From positions 3,439,572-3,503,571 of the forward strand of contig CAVNZM010000008.1 in assembly GCA_963693365.1 (NCBI GenBank): DNA of 64,000 bases, written 5' to 3'. Of this stretch, positions 57,908 to 64,000 are shown one piece after another. A program made the position numbers and the translations under genes. The notes under the pieces were generated by a model, which was given only the letters and a program-made list of their open reading frames with translations, did no database searches and was not told the origin of the DNA. The stretch's first letter is position 1. Every line of letters starts with the position of its first letter. Source of the DNA: Amoebidium appalachense (Eukaryota; Protista; Ichthyosporea).

Positions 57908-58369
57908 CACGCACACACACACACACAGAATTGCGGCACACACACTCATGCACAGGCACACGCACACGTACACCGGGAGGTGCATGCGCAATCTGTGCTA
58001 CGGCAGACTCACCCAACCGCTTAACCACAAAAACGACACCTGCGTGCATCCTACAAACGCACAAGCAGCCGACTGTGCAACCCCCCCCCCCCCCCCCCCC
58101 CCCCCCCTCCCCCCTCCCCCTCCCCACTACCCCCCTCCCCCATTGGATGGGCACATGTGCAGACACACTGCGCGCTCACTGCGCCACCGCCAGGAAAGAA
58201 CCGAAAAAATTCGATGTCTGCTGGCAGTCTATATATATCTGTGTGTGTGTTTTCCGTTGACTGAGTACAGCTCAGAGTCTGTGCTGTGTACCAGGGCCTG
58301 ACCCCCCCCAACCCCCCCGTCCCCCTCCCCGCCCGCGCCCAAATCTTCCCCGTGCATACATTATCATAA

Positions 58370-58372
<3 letters not shown>

Positions 58373-58460
<88 letters not shown>
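58373..58460. repeat. (TA)n microsatellite abutting the 3' end of the truncated LINE
   Basis: Pure TA run read directly. Confidence 0.95.
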
Positions 58461-58462
<2 letters not shown>

Positions 58463-58464
58463 CA

Positions 58465-59137
58465 TATCACGTTTTGTTCCCGGAGGGCCTTTGCAGAGCC
58501 CTCTAGGGAAACTACCGTCTATTATACAGCACCGACAATACACTAGTTAGAGTGCTATCTACGAGTTCAGCTAAGCTAAACCATTCTTCACATCCTAACT
58601 ATAAGTACACACTTTGCCCAGGGTTACTACCCCAGCCACGCCGGCAGGAGGCACCAAATCCTCATCTCATCCACTCAAAACGTAGTAATAAACGTTAACC
58701 GCGGGCTCTCATTGGTCGATCTTCAGTAGTGGAATGTCCTAAGTGTTGTATGTTGAATTACTAAATACGGTGGATAGGGGTGGATGATGGTGCGTGGTGG
58801 TTGGTGGTGGTGGGGGTTTGCTACCTAACATTAGGTGTTGTTGTACATACGTTGTGGCGATGCTTTTGTTAACTAAAAGGTTTCTTTTGCAGGGCACAAT
58901 GGGTCTGAGTGTGTTCCGGCAGTCAGGGCAGGCTGGCCGGATGTGTGTGGGGGGCGTTTTTGTGTGTGTTTTGGTTTTGGGGGGCGCCGTGCTTTTCTTT
59001 CTACGGGTGGTGGTTGTATGGTGGTGTTTTTGCATTTTGGGGTGGGTGGGCGGGAGTGTGGTGTTACGTGGGTGCAAAATTTTAGAAAAGAAAAACACAG
59101 TGACTGCAATTCTACGCCATTTTTTTTTCCTAAGATG
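58465..59137 (-). mobile_element. 5'-truncated copy of the same LINE family (ORF2 C-terminus plus 3' UTR)
   Basis: Reverse complement aligns with ~35682-36324. HPRNTTLPPTHPKMQKHHH..TTRRKKS, CPDCRNTLRPIVPCK versus CSECRNTHRPGVPCK, and the same terminus GGAACAAAACGTGATA. Confidence 0.95.
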
Positions 59138-59593
59138 ACCAGGGGGCCCCGTGCATGCAGGAGAGTCTCCAGTTCATCTCCCACGAGCTCTATCCCAAAA
59201 ATGTGAGCAAAGTGCCCACCACCTCGGCTGTTACCATTATCCACACACAGGCAAGCACTACAGGCCGTGCACGAGTACACACCTCCATGATTGATGCACG
59301 CCCCCCCACCCCCCCCCCCCCCCTCTCCCCCACGTGCACTCTCTCTCTCTCTCTCCCCCTCTCTCTGGATTTTAATCGTCTTTTTCCTTTCATTTTTGTG
59401 GTGGTTGTCGTTTTCTGGGTGGGGGTTGGGGCGGTGGCATGGGAAGTAGGAGTGGGGATGTGGGTGGGGATTTGGATGTGTGTATGTGTGTGTGAGAGTA
59501 CAGTCGGTGCTAGGTGGAAGACGGTAATACCAGTTCCTCTGAGGGACTGTGCCTGAGGGATTGTCCGGGAACAAAACGGGATAAATTTAAAAA

Positions 59594-59788
<195 letters not shown>

Positions 59789-59873
59789 TGTATGCGTGTG
59801 TGTGTACATACATGTGCGCGTGCATGCGTCCATATGCGTGTGTGTGCGTGCGTGCGTGCATGCGCGCGTGCGC

Positions 59874-59908
<35 letters not shown>

Positions 59909-60518
59909 TGTGTGCGTGCGTGCGTGTATCACGGTGGGGGGGGGGGGGGGGGGGGGTTGGGGGAAGGGGGGGGGGGGGGGCGGGGGGATGGGGCCGAATG
60001 ATTGCGTTCGTGTACATGTGAAGAGGGTAGGGCGTCTTTTTATTCAATTCTGGATTTGTACTGAGACTTCAATTTGAAACACAGTGCCACGTTTTTACCA
60101 CCTTGACTCCTGAGGTTTTGAAAAACATCTTGATCTGAATGCCCGAGGCTCAGTTGAACAAAAGCAAAATATGCTCGTCGGTCAGAAGAATTGACGGGGT
60201 TTACACACTTTTTATTGCGTGGACACTGCCGGGGGCCCAGCCACACTCGACGGCCTACTGCGTTTTCCAGCGCAGCCAATCAAATGCAGCTAGTGACATA
60301 TGTACATGCTAGGCAACAATTAGCGCCATCGTAGTATACGACACCCCTATTACATATTATGTACTAAGCAGAGAGAGACTAGCATCGGTAGCTCCGAAAG
60401 AAAGTTAAGACACCGTATCACAATATCATACTGTGCAGCATTAATAAGGTGATCTAGAATAGTCATTTAAAACGGATATGTTTGTTGAGGAAGAGAGGAA
60501 GAAAAGAGAATAAAACCG

Positions 60519-60742
60519 CCAATAACCTCCGGTTCTAATACGTTAGCTAACAGGTTGCATTTATTGATAGATATGCAGCCGCGAGTAAACCGCCACACAT
60601 ATTACACATACGAGCAGGAGACACCAGAAACCAATAACCTCCGGTTCTATTATGTTACCTAATAGGTTACAGTTATTGATAGATATGCATCCGCAAGTAA
60701 ACCGCCCCCCACACATATTACACATACGAGAAGGAGACACCC
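60519..60742. repeat. Tandem duplication, ~112-bp unit x2
   Basis: CCAATAACCTCCGGTTCTA...TTATTGATAGATATGCA...CACATATTACACATACGAG.AGGAGACACC starts at 60519 and again at 60631. Confidence 0.9.
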
Positions 60743-62814
60743 TTGAACCGATTACTCGCCAAGCCATAATCATCTTTGCGTTTTTTTACACCACACCACA
60801 TTACGAATAAACGAATCTATGTAGGAACGACACTCTCTAACCTTATCCGCCATATAGGCGATTAGTGGGAGGTGGGTTGGTGCATTGGTAAGATCTCTGC
60901 GTGTCAAGCTCAAAGCGAAGGATCGATCCTGGTTACTTCCGATTTTTGTCACTGCCTCGACGGTCCACCGGTCTGGCCGCCCCCTAGAGACCATCACCCC
61001 AGACCACGTCAAGCAGCACCACCAATTTGTGATCATCCGGCCGCAAGACATGACGTCATGAACAGCACCGGCCCTCTGACATCGACAGCGCGCCCCTTGG
61101 GCATCCCGGCCTAACGTTCAAGTGGGAGACCAATCCGAGTCACCGGCCACGGTTCGGGTCAGCGTCCTGGGCATGGGGTCTTCCCTTTCAAGTCTTTATG
61201 TTTGTGTATGTGTCCTACAAGGGTCCATGCGATAGAATACGAAAAGGAGGAAAAGTTGATCGAGGACTCGTATTGTTTTTGGTTTGATTGATCGAGGAAA
61301 TAAAGTTTTGCGTAAAGCACATATTAATGTTTGCGTTAAACACATTATCTAAAAAAAGAAGGAACTTGTGCCTAAAAAAGCTAATGAGCGGAATGATAAT
61401 GAAAATTACGCAAAAATACGTTAGCCGAGAATACAAAAATTATATATTTAGATGGCCACAACAGAGGGCCAAGCGGCCACAACAGAGGGCTAAGCAACCG
61501 ACGCGCAGCTGTTTACGTACCGTAGTGTACATGTTGCTCCGAGAAAGTTTCTGTTTGTACACGTCTGCTTGTTTCCGTAGCTAACACTGCAGCTGCGGAA
61601 AAGGTGTGTTATTATTATATTCTGTTTTTTAAGTGAAAAGTTCGTGCGTACTTACGCTTTTGTAAGCATTACCAATAATATGGCTATGCAAAGCGGCCTT
61701 TTCCAAGGCACCCATGACATGTTCACACAATTACTTTCAGAAGAGAAGACGTAAGCGGTCTGAACTATGAATGTTAATACTTTTGTAACACATAAGGATA
61801 TACTAGACATAATCACCAATATGTTTTCATGTACCAGTGGTCATGTGGACCAACCAATAAACGGAATTTCCATAGATTTAGGCACCGGCGAGCTTATGCA
61901 TGCCGTAGGCAGAGCCTCAGTGTGCTATACAGTACGATCTGTGTCTAGGCGGAAGACGGTAAGCTCCCCTGAGGCAGTGCCTCGCCGGGAGTGAAACGGG
62001 ATTAAATTAAAAAAAATATAGGCGATTAGTAGTTGGTGTTTTTGCGGTCCTAACACAGAAGGGACTCAACACGTAGAGTAAAAAAATATCTATCAGCCAT
62101 AGACTTGAAACTATTCACGCTCGAATTGACATGGTCACACAATCTGACAAAATGATACAGAAGAATGTGCTCCCGACTTCCAAACTTTGTCCCAGGAATT
62201 TCCACGCTTTTCACAATCTAAAGGTGTGGGCGGCAGAAAAAAGGGCTTCAAATCAAAAGGTAACAACCAGTGGTGCATGTTACATATTGCCATTCATGAA
62301 TTATTAATTAATATTTGATGTTTCAGTAGTAACATAATGGAAGTTGTCATAAAAAATACGACATACACGCGGACTTGAGCCTCTGCTCTCTCCAATCAAC
62401 TTAGATTTCTAATCTAACAGAAATATGGTTGGAATTTAGACCTCCTGACTTTGCGCCAACTATGTGATGTGATGTGACGTGATGTTAACGTGGTATGCGG
62501 TTGGTCCTGAATGACATTTTATTCCGCCAACTCAAACCCGAACTGTGCAGGTGACAACTTTGCATGTCACGGGCAGTTGCGATAGTGCAAACAGGTGCAA
62601 AAACAGGGATACACTAGATAGTAACATGGTCATCGATAGCTTGCCCCTGCGCTCATTGTCGTTGTTGGCATATACATACACAGCTGAATGTACTGCAAAG
62701 TTTCGTACTAATTAGACACTTGACAGCACTAATTAGGCTACTATTCTCGAGCTCTAATGTAGTGGGTAGTAGATATGGCGCCTCAGCAGGAAAACGGGAT
62801 GCTGGATCCATAAT

Positions 62815-64000
62815 CAGAAATGTTTACTACAGTGACGTGAATAAGGCTTGAATAAGATATCACCTGTGATTTTTTGATTTTTTTTTGATTTTTTTTCCCC
62901 CTCAGCTTTCTCGAACACAAACTTCATGGCGCGTCTTGCCATTCATTCACTCTCTCCAGTTCTTCTGACAACGTTTTTCAGCATCCGCTTGTTTCTTTCG
63001 TCTACCTTTGCCAATAATTTTAACTCAACTTCAGGTGTCTCATTTGTCATGTGCTGAGCTGATTCGTATTAGTTTGCTTCTATATTTTGTGTTTTGGTGA
63101 GTGAATTTCGGGGGTTTTCTTGCATAGTGATGCCGGGGTCTAAGTGGGGTATGAGGAGATTAATCAGTGGTATGGGGAGAACCTGATGCGGCGGCGGCTG
63201 ATTGTTAAAGGTGCGCGCGTGCATGCACAATGCCTCTGCGTACTCTCCATGTTAAATGTTGTATTGCTTCTTGCTGTGTGCGTGGCGAGACCCATGTTGC
63301 CTGCTCGCGTGTGTGTATGCTTATATGTATTCAATTTGTGAGTAAACGTGTGTACGTGTTGTAGTGCTGTAGGGGTGTCTGAGGTCGCGGTAGCCAATGG
63401 TGTGGAGTGCGTGTAGTCTGTGATGAGGGAGTGTTGTGATTGGCTGAATGTCACTGTGGTATTTGTCTGGCCAGTGGGCCGCGTGTCTGTGAAGTGTCTC
63501 GCGGGGTCGCGGGCTTTTCGAAGTTCTTCTAAGAACTCGTTTTTCTCGCTTCCCACCCAACTCAAAGAAAAGTTTATACGTATACACAGTTTCGAGCCCC
63601 TTTAAGCGTGCAGATAGTTAGAGTAGTTTGTATACACTCTGTTTGTAGACACGACATCATTCACCAACGTAGAAATTTGTCGTTAACGCAAGACTCTGAG
63701 TGTAAGACTAGCGTCACTGCTATCCTGGGAAATATGAAGCAGCCCGGATCAGGCATACAGAGTTCCTCTCTCACTGTACATGTAGACGTGCACTCGAAGA
63801 AAAAACCTAAAGAAAATGAAGCAGCCGAGCAGGAAGAAAAGACGCACAGACTATACCTTTGGTGGTCGTGGGTGGGGTTTCTGGTTGTTTCTCTTCTACT
63901 GGTTTCACTTGAGGTTGTGACCATGTACTTTGCACGGGTGGCGAGCACTTTGGATACTATGTCGTTAGTGATTTTGAACGGAATCACGTCGGATTTGGAA
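62815..64000 (-). pseudogene. Probable spliced gene or pseudogene fragments of unknown family, running off the window end
   Basis: Protein-like segments VIPFKITNDIVSKVLATRAKY..., SWVGSEKNEFLEELRKARDP..., and QHMTNETPEVELKLLAKVDERNKRMLKNVVRRTGESE*MARRAMKFVFEK (TGA at 62945-62943). Confidence 0.35.

Noticed and set aside
62237-62250. U11 snRNA 5' end match AAAAAGGGCTTC
   Set aside because: No following stem-loops or Sm site; the match lies in an apparently coding-like stretch.

Overview
Eukaryotic genomic DNA, intron-rich and full of microsatellites. The gene content (animal-type ERK1/2, minor-type introns, a LINE with RNase H) suggests an opisthokont, possibly a unicellular holozoan; this is inference. 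Nearly all ORFs in the supplied track are artefacts of (CA)n, (CT)n and poly-C/G tracts. Read manually, the window holds: (1) the last 14 exons of an ABCB/MDR transporter (513-9067, +); (2) a poorly resolved spliced gene on the minus strand (~9.9-11.5 kb); (3) a complete 13-exon ERK1/2-type MAP kinase (11718-22035, +) with two probable U12 (minor) introns; (4) a full-length 13.3-kb non-LTR retrotransposon (23059-36346) with a perfect 14-bp TSD; (5) an intronless bZIP gene with a non-canonical basic region (43929-44837, -); (6) a TE-rich stretch with a piggyBac-like remnant, MITE-like inverted-repeat elements, decayed coding fragments and a 5'-truncated second copy of the LINE. The standout is the LINE ORF2, which carries a ~3.6-kb in-frame array of ~17-18 Gln/Pro-rich 72-aa repeats, rich in S-P-x-R motifs, between endonuclease and reverse transcriptase. 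Frameshifts in the LINE fall mostly in homopolymer runs and are probably long-read assembly errors.
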